Positions 26,202 through 38,289 of a DNA stretch of 64,000 nucleotides are shown piece by piece. A model generated the notes under the pieces. The model did not search any database. It was not told the DNA's origin and saw nothing but the letters and a program-made list of their open reading frames with translations. A program made the translations under genes and the position numbers. How positions within the stretch are numbered: position 1 is the stretch's first letter; every line of letters begins with the position of its first letter. Origin of the DNA: the human T2T-CHM13v2.0 reference genome, Homo sapiens; assembly GCF_009914755.1 (NCBI RefSeq), contig NC_060944.1. One strand, written 5' to 3'.

Positions 26202-26336
26202 GGGCCAGGAACTATTACTGTTTTTTGTGACTTTGGTAAGTAAGTGAACCCAGGGCATGGTTTGCAACTGGCTGCGTTGGTCATTTTTATGAATCGATTT
26301 GTGCAAACCCACGGCAAGCTTTCCTAATATAAACAG
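26202..26336 (+). repeat. Local duplicate A (pairs with 28202-28337)
   Basis: ~135 bp, about 88% identical by manual alignment, offset 2000 bp. Confidence 0.9.
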
Positions 26337-27339
26337 GTGGAAAGAGAGAAGTCAGAGGGGCTGGCCTCAGTAATCCAGACAGCAAATCTTACAGGGAAGA
26401 CCCTCCTTATATCCTGGGGAAATTGGTATATGAGAAGTTAACTGGGTTTTTACCCTCTGAAAAGGAAATTTCTATAAGAAAGGGAAGCATCACTGCATTG
26501 CTTGATAACATCTGTTTTATCTTGCTTGTTTTATCTGACTTTCTCCCATGGCCAAGGAAACATGATGAAAGAACCAATTTCTTTCCTCTTTTAGAAGCTC
26601 TGATCATGGAGGAGACCATATCTGCAAGTCATCTAGGACTCAGCTCTTTTAGAGCTATCCATGGACTGGGAGACCCTTCTCCCACTTCAAGGAGCCCCTC
26701 TTTTGTACCCCCCAAACTTCCTGGCTTACAAAATTTGCTGCCAGATGTGGTGGTGTGGGAGTGAGGGTGGGTGGCATAGGTCATGTTGGTAAAAGGCCTC
26801 CCATAGGCGGGAAAACTGCAGAGCCAGGGGGCCTAGGGGAAGGCATCTCTTGCCTAGCAGATGCTGACAGAGGAAATGGCACATTCTGCCCATGCATCTG
26901 TCCTCATGATTCACATGCCAGCAATTCCTCAGGCTAGAACATACCTTGTAGGTCATTTTCTAGCACATGCCGTAACTAGATAGCCCCTAGGTCTCTCTAG
27001 GAAAGGTGACTTTCTAAACTTTTTTTGTATTCTGTCTGTAAAGTACTGCATACTTTAAGGACTTTTTAAACAATAATAGAGAAATCAGCTTCATCCCTGC
27101 TTCAAGACACATCACAAAGCTCCAATCACAAAAACTCTAGAGTTTCTGTAGAGGGATTAAAGTGTGGCAGTCTAGTGACCTAAAGGGATTTGACTTGAAG
27201 CTGTATTTGCTTAGCACACACGCTGTTTTTATCTTGATTTTAAGTTTATTGGTGCAGCACATGGAAATAATGGGCATCAAAGCCCACACCTCCCAAGCTG
27301 GTCCTTGATGCCATCACTGAGCCCTAAGTGAGAGGCTTG

Positions 27340-27502
27340 CTTATAATAGTCCTGCATTCTCAGCTTCCCTTAACCCCAAGAATAGAACGGTGTCTTGCAT
27401 GCAGAAATAGGTTATTGGTGAATAAATTGCTTAATGAATTATCTAGTTTCCCTAACAGAGCTGGTTACTTCTTTCTCATGTGAAGGTGAGCACCTGGTGA
27501 GG
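27340..27502 (+). repeat. Local duplicate B (pairs with 29282-29446)
   Basis: accccaagaata...cagaaataggttat...agagctggttac...tttctcatgtgaa...tgag present in both copies; roughly 80% identical. Confidence 0.85.
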
Positions 27503-27844
27503 TTTTCAGGAATCAGGTTCACCTTGAACACCATACTCAGGCCTTGGCGGCTCTCTGGGCCTGCCTGGCTCCTACAAACACCATGCAGTGTTTCTGGATC
27601 TCCTAGGCCCTCTAGTGGCTATTCTTAGGCTGAAATCCCTCAGAACTCAGCCTCTCAGCTCCTGCTAAAATTTCAACCAGTCCCTGAATTTAGAAATATG
27701 TATATATACTTATTTTGCTTCTCGTAAACTGCAAAGAAATAAATTTAATTATGTCTAGTTTCTGATCAAGATTTATCTGGTCTCATAGCCTTCCCCTGGT
27801 TTGTGTTTTAATGAGCTTTTTATTTTTCAGTTGAAAGATTATAC

Positions 27845-27972
27845 CAGATGTCAAGACTTAACAGGAATCAAGACAGCATGGATTGATATAAGGGTAGACA
27901 TAATTATCAATGGACAGAGTACAGACTCCAGACACAGACCTACACCTATATAAGCAACTGATTTTCAAAAGT
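27845..27972 (+). mobile_element. Old L1 (L1M) ORF2 fragment
   Basis: aatcaagacagcatgg...tagaca...tcaatggacagagtacag...ccagacacagacc...caactgattttcaa. Confidence 0.6.
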
Positions 27973-28201
27973 ATCCTGCTTGCCTGCTTGTACCCCCAAA
28001 TGGGCTCTCCCTCACCCCAAATGCATCTTTAGGTTTGTTTCAGAGAATTTCTGATGGTCTTTCTCGCACAGAAACACACAAGGGGTCTAAATGGGTTCTT
28101 TATGCAGAAGAGCGAAGATTTCCAGGTCCAGTGGGCCAAAGTGCCTTCCCCTGCAAAGCCTTTGAGTGATTCCAGGCACCAGGGGCATCAAAGCCTTGGT
28201 G

Positions 28202-28337
28202 GGACCAGAAACTATTGCTGTTTTTTATGACTTTGGTAAGCACGTGAACTCAGGGCATGGTTTGAAACTGGCTGTGTTGGTCATTTTTATGAACTGATTT
28301 GTACAAACCCATGGGAAGCTTTCCTAAATAGAAACAG
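28202..28337 (+). repeat. Local duplicate A'
   Basis: Copy of 26202-26336. Confidence 0.9.
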
Positions 28338-28559
28338 TCTGCATTATGGTGGTATCACCTTCATCTGACCCCTGGGAGCTCTAAAGAAAAGCCCATGATA
28401 CTCACCTGGCCTTCAGCCTGACCAGGGGATTAGGCCACTGGCCAGGATGAGACTGAAGGAGGAAAGGAACCTATACAACTACTCTTCCCTTGGTTGAAAG
28501 GAAAGTCCAGAGAGAATAGCTATTTGCAAATATCTGGGCTTCTACTGGGTGCTTACTGT

Positions 28560-28715
28560 TGAGTATCTTATATTGGGACACAGGTATGTTCATCTCCATT
28601 TTACAGATGAGGAAATCGAGGCTCAGAGTTAAATATATTTCCCAAGGTCAACTAAGTAAGTGGCAGGATTAGGATCCAAACCCAATTCTAACACTCTCTA
28701 AAACCCACTCTTTAG
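28560..28715 (-). mobile_element. MIR
   Basis: ctccattttacagatgaggaaatcgaggctcagag...cccaaggtca...agtaagtggcagga. Confidence 0.85.
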
Positions 28716-29281
28716 CTAGCCCCTGCCTCTTAGCTTTGGGGTTCAGGTTCTTGACTCAGTCTATGCAAATGTTGCCTTCTGGAATTTGGCAGTGCACAAC
28801 CTGCACATCTGTACAGTGTAGCTGAAACCAACTTCTGGGTTGAAACCCTTCCATATTCAAGATTCTAAGCCTGGGCTAAAATCTAGAGCCTTGTTACTCA
28901 AAGTGGTCCCTGAACCTGCAACATCAGCCGTGTTTGGGAGCTTTTTAGAAATGTAAATTTCTGCTCTCCTGCTGCCACTCCCCCCAACCCCTTTCTATTG
29001 GATTACACTCTCCAAGAATGGAGGCTGCACCCAGGATTTCTCAGCTGTTATGTGCATTCAAATCACTGGGAATCTTGTTAAATGGAGATTCTGGCACAGG
29101 AGTTCTAAAGAGGTAGTGCTAAGCTTTTGCTTCTTCGGGCAGCTCCCAGATGATGCCGATGATGTGAGCCACACTTGGAATAACACAGCTTTAGATCAGT
29201 AAGTCTCAAACTTGAACCTGTATTCAAATCACCTGAAGAGCTCGTTAATACACAAATTGCTGGGCCCTACTCTCACACTCT

Positions 29282-29446
29282 CTTACAATAGCTGTGCACC
29301 TTCACCTTTACTTTCACCCCAAGAATAAAACAGTTTCTTGCACACAGAAATAGGTTATCCATGAATAAGTTGGTTAATTAATTATCTACCTTTGCTAATA
29401 GAGCTGGTTACCTCTTTCTCATGTGAACATGAGTACCTGCTGAGAG
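29282..29446 (+). repeat. Local duplicate B' inserted within MER5A
   Basis: Copy of 27340-27502 lying between the MER5A halves. Confidence 0.85.
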
Positions 29447-29501
29447 AGTACTTCAGAGGGTCTGGAGTGGAGCCTGAAAATTTGCATTTCTAACAAGTTC
29501 T

Positions 29502-29729
29502 GGGCCCAGCATGGTGGCTCATGCCTGTAATCCCAGTGCTTTGGTAAGCCGAGGCAGGAGTATCACTCGAGGCCAGGAGTTTGAGACCAGCCTGGGCAAT
29601 ATAGTGAGACCCCATCTCTACAAAAACTTTTTAAAAATTAGCCAGGCATTGTGGTGTGAGCCTGTTGTCCCATCTACATGGGAGGAAGATCCCTTCAGCT
29701 GAGAAGTTCGAGGCTGCAGTGAGCTGTGA
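29502..29729 (+). mobile_element. AluJ lacking its 3' end and poly(A) tail
   Basis: AluJ diagnostics; ends at gagctgtga; TSD tctaacaagttc at 29489-29500 and 29730-29741. Confidence 0.9.
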
Positions 29730-30496
29730 TCTAACAAGTTCCTAGGTGATGTTGCGATGCTGCAGGTTTAGGGACCCCACTTTGAGAACCAGTGTTCTAG
29801 CCTATCAGAACTTCCTCTAATTAGACAACTAACTCCATGCTTTCTGGCATTTCATTTTTATAAAGCCCTATTCGGTCCTTGAATTCTAGCATTTTAGAGC
29901 TGAAAGGGACTTCAGAGGCTACCTTGTCTCAATTAAAGAAATGCAGGTCAAGGGTCCCACTCAAGGCCATACAATTAGCCAAGAGGCAAAGTCATGATTA
30001 AGCATCCTGACTCACTCTATTTCTATGCTGTTTACTCTGCATCCTGCTGGCTCCAAAGCTCAATAAATTCCCTGGCATCCAGCAACTGCAGTATTTTTGG
30101 TGAGCTCTCCATCCCAGGCCAGCTTTGAGGTGCTAGAATCCCTGTCAGACACATATGTCATCCGCACAATCATGGAAACGCAGTGGCCTCCTACCTAACA
30201 GCTCTGTGAAACAGGGCTTTGGAAAAAAACAGCAGCTGTGCTGGCCACTGTAGCAGAGAGAAAATGCAGCAGCTAGCAAGCAAACCCAGACAAGGTGAGT
30301 CAGCATAGAGGCCCTGGGGCTAAGGAATATACCAGGATACTGCCAACAACTGGCACCCAGATTCTCCTGAGCAAATCTGAGAAGGTCAATCAACTTCTCT
30401 GTGCCTGAAAAGATGCTTTTCTTTAGAGAAAACAATACTCTCATTCAAGGGAATGAACACACAAGAGGATATCAAAAATGTGCTTGGGGTGGGAGT

Positions 30497-30770
30497 TGTA
30501 TCAGTCCTGCTGCATGACAAATCACCCAAAACTTAGTTGCTTTAAACGACAACCATATTCTTGCTCACAAGTCTCTGAGAAAAAGGAGAAATGCTTAAGA
30601 TCCCTTGAAGCCTAGACTTGGAACTGGCATATCATCACTTCCTCCATACTCTACTGGCCAAAGCAAGACCCAAGGTGAGCCCACTTCTTAATGAAAGGAA
30701 CTGTAACTTTACAGTATAAGGATGTAGAGAGGCGGAAGGTTTGTGGCCATTTTTGCAATCTACGACAGAG
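30497..30770 (-). mobile_element. MLT1F/G-like LTR (internally deleted)
   Basis: acaaatcacccaaaacttagttgctttaaac...tcacttcctccatactctactggccaaagcaag...ttttgcaatctac. Confidence 0.65.
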
Positions 30771-30774
30771 AGGT

Positions 30775-31690
30775 CTTCTTAGTTTAGGAAAGTCTGAGAC
30801 AAAGATTCCAAAGCAAATGGTTTACTTGGAAAGGAAAGGAAATACCGGTAGGGGAGAGAAAAATGGAGACACAGAGAAGCAGCAGCCAGTAAAGGGTGCA
30901 AAGCCAAGTCAGCTGGCGCTCTGGGCAGCTGGAGTATAATTCCACTGGAGAACTCTGGAAGCTGGTGCAGGACACAGGCCTCATCATCATCCTACCTAAA
31001 GGAGGACGCCAGGATGTTTATACATCAATCCATGATATGGTTTGGATCTGGGTCCCTGCCCAAAACTCACATTGAATTGCAATCCCCGATGATGGAGATG
31101 GATCCTGGATCCTGGTGGGATGTGATGGGATCACAGTGGTGGATTCCTCATGAATGGCTTAGCATCCCCGTGGTGCTGCTCCCATGATAATGAGTGAGTT
31201 CTAATGAGATCTAGTTGTTTAAAAGTATATAGCACCTCCCTCACCCCAACTTTCTCTTGCTCCTACTCCTGCCGTGTGAGACATCTTATACCTCCTTCCT
31301 CTTCCACCGTGATTGGAAACTTCCTGAGGTGTCCTCAGAAGCAGAAGCCATTATGCTTGCTGTACAGCCCGCAGAACTGTGAATCCATTAAACCTCTTTT
31401 CTTTACAAATTACCCAGTCTCAGATATTTCTCAATGCACGAACACACTAATACAATCCGTATCAGTCATTTACTGAGGCTGCTCTCAGAGCACAGAAATT
31501 CCCTGTAATTTCAGCCCTCCACTCTGGGCAATGTGGCTTAAGAGGTCAGAGCAAGACCTTGACAAAAAAATAAAAAAAGAAAAGCAGATGCAGCTAGCTT
31601 AGCTGGACCGTTGTGCCCTGCAGCGGTTAGACAAAGAGGATAAAAGGGAAGGAGGATATGAGTAGGGCACCACCTACAACGTATCCTTCA
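30775..31690 (-). mobile_element. LTR16C-like LTR interrupted by MST
   Basis: tctgagacaaagattc...ggtttacttgg...ccactggagaactctggaag...ggatgtttatac [MST] gtatcagtcatt. Confidence 0.6.
31033..31454 (+). mobile_element. MSTB-like MaLR solo LTR
   Basis: tgatatggtttggatctg...attaaacctcttttctttacaaattacccagtctcag...ctaataca; TSD atcca/atccg. Confidence 0.9.
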
Positions 31691-32265
31691 CTGTGATGGT
31701 GATTAAAAAGAAAAAAAAAACTCAAGTTTCAGATTTATGTTATTTTAGTCAAAACATCTTTTTTTCTTTTTTTAAGACTGTTTACTGTATTTTGGATGAT
31801 GCCTCAGTTCTCTTGCTGGCAGAGGTTGGAACACTAGATGGCATTGTATTAAGTTGTCCTATAGCTCAGGAAAAAAAAAAATGCAAAGGGATGTTCCTAG
31901 TTGTCTTTGGAATTTAACAATTATCAGCATGAGTTGAGAGCAAACAACTGTCCCAGCCAAAGTGATGATGGGTCGCTTCAGCTCTACCAAGGCCACCACT
32001 CCATCTTGATCTCACACCTTGGCAGCAACATCACAAACCATGGGGGCCAAAGCACAAAGGGAGCAGGCTAAGATAGGAGGCATTTTCTAAAAACTAGGAT
32101 TCGCAAAACCCATGGGAGGAGAAGCAGTAAGGAGAACGAAGCCTTCTGCCTCAAGAAAGGTCTTTGAGAGGCACAGAAAAATGGACTGCAAGAAAAAAGC
32201 AGCAAACTTATAGTAAAGATTTATTCTTACTTTAGTAATAGTAAAGATTTATTCTTTGCTGTAAG

Positions 32266-32320
32266 TTAGGTGTCTTGGTGTTGCCTGAAAAGAGATACTG
32301 CCTTTCTCCCTTGAATGTAA
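32266..32320 (+). repeat. Local duplicate C (pairs with 33356-33410)
   Basis: ttaggtgtcttggtgt(t/g)gcctg(a/t)aaagagatactg(c/t)ctttctc..ttga(a/g)tgtaa. Confidence 0.85.
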
Positions 32321-32402
32321 ATGAGAGAGAACTCTTGATGTCTTTTACCAACTTAGAGAAAGCCCATACCCAGCCTTCACAAAATGCCATGAGAAAAAGA
32401 GG

Positions 32403-32548
32403 GGTCAGGTGTGGTGGCTCACGCCTGTAATCGCAGCACTTTGGGAGGCCAAAGCGGGCAGATCACCTGAGGAGATCAGGAGTTCAAGACCAGGCTGGCC
32501 AACATGGTGAAACCCCGTCTCTGCTAAAAGTATGAAAATAAAAAAAAT
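32403..32548 (+). mobile_element. AluS left arm only
   Basis: ggtggctcacgcctgtaatc...ccaacatggtgaaaccccgtctct followed by A-rich sequence. Confidence 0.9.
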
Positions 32549-32794
32549 GAAGAATTTACTCTTGGGGGCAGGAATGGAAATGAGAGTGGCAATAGGATGG
32601 GGTTGAAAGTGAGGGTCAAAGGCATTTAACATTTTCTTTAAAATATTTTAAACAAGTGAGATAAAATGTCAACAATGATCAATTCCTCATAATGGATATT
32701 AGGTGGATGTCATCTTATTATCTTTATCTTAAATTTCAAAAAAGAAGAGAAAAGAATATGATGTTCTCTTGTAATTAGCAAGGGCTGATAGGGT

Positions 32795-32975
32795 TCAAGA
32801 GGTGACACTGATATGGATCTTGAGTAACTGTTGACAAATACTTCCCTTTACTGAGCTTCCATTTTCTTGTTTATAAACTGAGGATAATGATAGTAGTGAT
32901 GTCAGGGAATTGTCATAAACCTCGACTAAAATAATGTACTCGGAACAGTGCCTAAAGCAAGGTGGGAACAGTGCC
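32795..32975 (+). mobile_element. MIR
   Basis: ctgagcttccattttcttgtttataaactgaggataat...gaacagtgcct. Confidence 0.6.
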
Positions 32976-33411
32976 CAAAGCAAGGGGGTCCCTCAAAAAA
33001 TGCTTGCTTGCCCAGGACCCTCACCAGCCACCACCACCAATGTGAGTACAAGGATTAGTTAGGCTCATCTTTCTCACTGAGTCAAACCATACGATTGGCT
33101 GGTTGTCTGGATGTGATTAGAAACAGAAAAATCTTAAATAAAGCCTCATCCTGAATCCTCTCAATCCAGAGACAGAGTTGACCTAAGACCAAAAAAAAAA
33201 AAAAAAAATAGAAAATAGTTTTTGGAAATATGGGTGAAGAGACATCTCCTCTTATGGAAAAAGGGATTCTAGAATTTAACAATAAATATTCCCAACTTTC
33301 CCCAAGGCTTTAAAATCTACCTTGAAGGAGCAGCTGATGTATTTCTAGAACAGACTTAGGTGTCTTGGTGTGGCCTGTAAAGAGATACTGTCTTTCTCTT
33401 TTGAGTGTAAG

Positions 33412-35975
33412 AGAGAAAGGACAGTCTACTCAATAAAGAGTGCTGGGAAAACTGAATATCCACACACAGAATAATAAAACTAGATCCTATCTCTCACCAT
33501 ATACAAAGATCAACTCAAAACAAATTAAAGACCTAAATGTAAGACAAGAAATTATAAAACTACTAGAAAAAAACACAAGGGAAATGCTTCAGGACATTGG
33601 CCTGGGCAAAGATTTTATAAATAAGACCTCAATAGCACAAACCACAAAAGTAAAAATAGGCAAATAGGATTATATCAAACTAAAAAGCTTCTGCACAGCA
33701 AAGAAAACAATCAACAGAGTAAAGAGACAACCTGAAGAATGAGAGAAAATATTTGCAAAGTATTCATCTGACAAGGGACTAACAACCAAAATATACAAGT
33801 AACTCAACAGCAAACCATCGTCGTCATCATCATCATCATCATCCAATTTTTATAATGGACAAATGGTCTGAATAGACATTTCTCAAAAGGAGACACACAA
33901 ATGGCCAACAAGTATAAGAAAGAATGCTCAACACCACTGATCATCAGGAAAATGCAAATCAAAACCACAGTGAGATATCATGTCATCCCAGTTACGATAG
34001 CTAATTATTTTTTTCTTTTTTCTTTTTTATTATTTCAATAGTTTGGGGGGAGCAGGTGGTATTTGGTTACATGAATAAGTTCTTTTGTGGTGATTTCTGA
34101 TATTTTGGTGTACCCATCACCTGAGCAGTGTACACTGTACTCAATGTGTAGTACCACCCCTGAGTCCCCAGAGTTCATTATATCATTCTTACACCTTTGC
34201 ATCCTCATAGCTTAGCTCCCATTTATAAGTGAGAACATATAAGGTTTAGTTTTCCATTCCTGAGTTACTTCACTTAGAAAAATGGGCTCCAACTTCATCC
34301 AGGTTGCTGTGAATGCCATTATTTCATTCCTTTTTATGGCTGAGTAGTATTCCATGGTATATATATACCACATTTTCTTTATCCACTCATTGGTCAATGG
34401 TCCTTTAGGCTGGTTCCATATTTTGCAATTGCAAATTGTGCTTCTATAAATATGTGTGTGCTGCTATAAAAACATGTATACTTTTCATACAATGATTTCT
34501 TTTCATCTGAGTAGATCTAGTAGTGGGATTGCTGGATCAAATGGCAGTTCTACTTTTAGTTCTTTAAGGAGTCTCCATACAGTTTTCCACAGTGGTTGGA
34601 CTAGTTTACATTCCCACCAGCAGAAGTAAGGTGGTATCACATTTTGGTTTTAATTTGCATTTCCCTGATAATTAGTGATGTTGAGCATTTTCTCATATGT
34701 TTATTGGCCATTTGTGTATCTTCTTTTGAGAATTGTCTATTCATGTCTTTAGCCCACTTTTTGATGGGATTATTTGTTTGTTCTTGCTGATTTGTTTGAG
34801 TTCCTTGTAGATTATGGATATTAGTCCTTTGTTGGATGCATAGTTTGTGAATATTTTCTCCCACTTTGTGGGTTGTCTGTTAACTCTGTGGATTATTTCT
34901 TTTGCTGTGCAAGAGCTTTTTAGTTTAATTAAGTCCCATCTGTTTATCTTTGTTTTTGTTGCATTTGCTTTTGGGTTCTTGGTCATGAACTCTTTGCCTA
35001 AGCCAATGCCTAGAAGAGTTTTGGGGATGTTACCCTCTAAAATTTTTATAGTTTCAAGGCTTAGATTTAAGTCTTTGATCCATAAGATGGCTAATTATAA
35101 AAAAAAGATAAAAAATAGCAAATGTTGGCAAAGATGTAGAGAAAAGGGGAACTCTTGTACACTGTTGGTGGGAATATAAATTAGTACAGACATTATGAGA
35201 AACAGTAGGGAGTTTTCTCAAAAAACTAAAAATAGAACTATCATATGATACAGCAATTCCACTACTGAATATATATTTCAAGGAAAGGATATCAGTATGT
35301 CAAAGAGATATGTGCACTTCTATGTTCATTATTTATAAATAAATAAATAAATTATTTATTTATAAATGAACTCCAATGTTCATTTATTCACAATGGCCAA
35401 GATACAGATCAACCTAAGTATTCATCAACAGATGAATGGAAATGAATGTTTGGTAACAAAAAAAAAAGATGAATGGATAAAGAAAATGTGATATATATGT
35501 ATGCAATGGGATACTATTCAGCCATATAAAAAATAAAATCCTGCCATTTGTGGCAACATGGATGAGCCTGGAGGACATTATGTTAAGTGAAATACCACAT
35601 GTTCTCACTTATGTGTGGAAGCTAAAAAAGGTGAGGTATGGAAGTAGAGAGTAAAACAGTGGTTACTAGAGGCTGGTAAGGGAAGGGGGAAGGAGGAAAT
35701 AGGGAGAGGTTGGTTAACAGATACAAAATTACAGCTAGGTAAGGTAAATAAGTTCTAGTGTTTTTCAGCACTCTAAGGTTACTATAGTTAGCAATATTTT
35801 ATATTTCAAAATAACTAGAAGTAAGAATTTTAAACATTCCTAACACAAAGAAATGATAAATGTTTGAGAAAATAGGTATGTTAATTACCTTGATTTGATC
35901 ATTACACATTGTATATAGGTGTCAAAATATCATACTATACTGCATAAATATGTATAATTATTGTGTCAATTAAAA
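33412..35975 (+). mobile_element. 5'-truncated L1MA (ORF2 end and 3' UTR), interrupted by an antisense L1PB
   Basis: ORF2 peptide YLSPYTKINSK.IKDLNVR...LLQDIGLGKDF-like; L1MA 3' UTR ending ~35975; (TCA)n at ~33817-33843. Confidence 0.9.
34009..35082 (-). mobile_element. 5'-truncated L1PB (L1PB1/2-like)
   Basis: tttggttacatgaataagttc...cccatcacctgagcagtgtacactg; TSD tacgatagctaattat/taagatggctaattat. Confidence 0.9.
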
Positions 35976-36361
35976 CATGTGTAGGACACAGCTAAAGTAG
36001 TACTGAGAGTAAAACGTATATCACTAAGTGCATACATTGCAAAAGGAGAAAATCCTCAAATAAAAATTCTAACCTCCCACCTCAAAGAGAAGGGAGGGCA
36101 TGACAAAAATAAGAGCAAAAAAATCAACAAAATTGAAAACTTAAAATCAATAAAGAGCTGGTTCCTTGAAAACATCAATGATATTTACAAACATCAAAGC
36201 AGATAAAAAGAATAAAGGTCGGTATCAGGAATGAAACAGGGAATATCACTACAGATGTTTTCAACAAAAGGTGATGGCACAATTAAACATCCATAAACTA
36301 TAAAATGAACTCTAAGTTTCACATCTTATACAAAAATTAACTAAAATTTATTATCCACTTG

Positions 36362-36726
36362 TGATATGGTTTGGCTGTGTCACCACCCAAATCTCACCTT
36401 GAATTGTAGCTTCCATAATTGCCAGGTGTTGTGGGAGGGACCCAGTGGGAGGTAATTGAATTATGGGGGTGGGTTTTTCCATGCTGTTCTCATGATAGTG
36501 AATAAGTCTCACAAGATCTGATGGTTTTATAAAGGGCAGCTCCCCTGCACATGGTCTTTTGCCTGCCACCATGTAAGACATGCCTTTGCTCCTCCTTCGT
36601 CTTCCACTATGATTGTGAGGCCTCCCTAGCCATGCGGAACTGATGAGTCTATTAAACCTCTTTTTTCTTTATAAATCACCCAGTCTTGGGTATTTTTTCA
36701 TAGCAGTATGAAAATGGGCTACTACA
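36362..36726 (+). mobile_element. THE1 (THE1C-like) solo LTR
   Basis: TG...CA termini; perfect TSD ACTTG (36357-36361, 36727-36731). Confidence 0.92.
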
Positions 36727-37320
36727 ACTTGTAAACCTATAAAACCTTTAGAAAAAAAAAAACACAAGAAAAACTCTTTGGTATATAAAACTAGGCAAAG
36801 GGTTCTTAGACACCAAAAATGTGATTCATAAAAAGAAAAATTGAAAAAGTGAACTCCACCAAAGTTAGAAAATTTTGCTCTGTGAAAGAACCTATTAAGG
36901 AGATAAAAAGACAAGGTACAAACTAGAAGAAAATATTTGCAAACCACATACATGTCAAAGGACTAGTACCTAGGATATATAAAAAGCTCTTAAATGAAAC
37001 AGTAAACAAACAATTCAATTAGAAAATAGGCAAAAGAAAGAGATATTTCACTGAAGATGTTATATTGATGGAAATTAAACACATAAAAAGAAGTTCAACA
37101 ACATTAGCCACTTGGAAAAAGCAAATTAAAACCACATTGAGATATCATTACACATCTATCAGAATAGCTAAAATTAAAAAAGAATTAACAAAACCAAATA
37201 TTGGAAAGGATGCAGAGATATCATATCACTCAAATATTGCTGCTGGGAATATAAAGTGGTGTGGCTATTCTGGAAACAGTCCCACAGTTTCTTAAAAAAG
37301 GAATAAACATGCACCTGTGA

Positions 37321-37657
<337 letters not shown>

Positions 37658-38289
37658 TCAGATAAATAAAAATTTATGTTCCCACAAAAACCTGTACATG
37701 AATACTTATAGCAGATTTATTCATAATAGCACAAAACTACAAGGCACCCAGATGTTCTTCAGATGATGCATAGTTAAACAAACCATTCCATACAATGAAA
37801 TATTACTCAGCAAGACAATGGAAGGAGTTATTGATACATGTAATAATCTGAATGAATCTCCAGGGAATTATACTGAGTGAAAAGAAAAGCCAATCCCCGA
37901 AGATTTCACACGATAAGCCTTTCTTTATATAGCATTCTTAAAATGACAAACTTAAAGAAATGAAAAACAGATTGCTAGTTGCCAGGGGTTAAGGACCAGG
38001 CAAGGGTGGAAGGGAAGTTGGTTTGACTATAAAAGTATAGCATGAATGATCCTTGTGGTGATGGAAATGTTCTGTATCCTGGCTGCATCAATATCAATAT
38101 CCTTGTTGTGATATTACACTACAGTGTTGTAAGATGTCACCACTGGAGGACACTGGGTAATTGGTATACAAGATTCCTTTGTATCATTTTTTATAAATTC
38201 ATGTGAATCTACAATTATCTCAAAAAGTTTATTTTAAAAAAATGTTAAGGCTAAAGTGAATTTCATATATGAAAGAGGTCAAGTGGAGA

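Larger units (their letters stand above)
28888..29795. mobile_element. Cluster of three MER5-family hAT elements (last one, ~29197-29795, carries two insertions)
   Basis: tactcaaagtggtcc; tcactgggaatcttgttaaa...agattct; tctcaaacttgaa...atttgcatttctaacaagttc...cactttgagaaccagtg. Confidence 0.75.

Noticed and set aside
26202-26339. H/ACA snoRNA interpretation of duplicate A (135 nt, ACA near the end)
   Set aside because: No ANANNA H box is correctly placed and no two-hairpin architecture ends at the ACA.
26202-28337. Exact 2000-bp offset as an assembly or synthetic artefact
   Set aside because: The copies differ at ~12% of sites, mostly transitions, which looks like natural divergence; the round number is probably chance.
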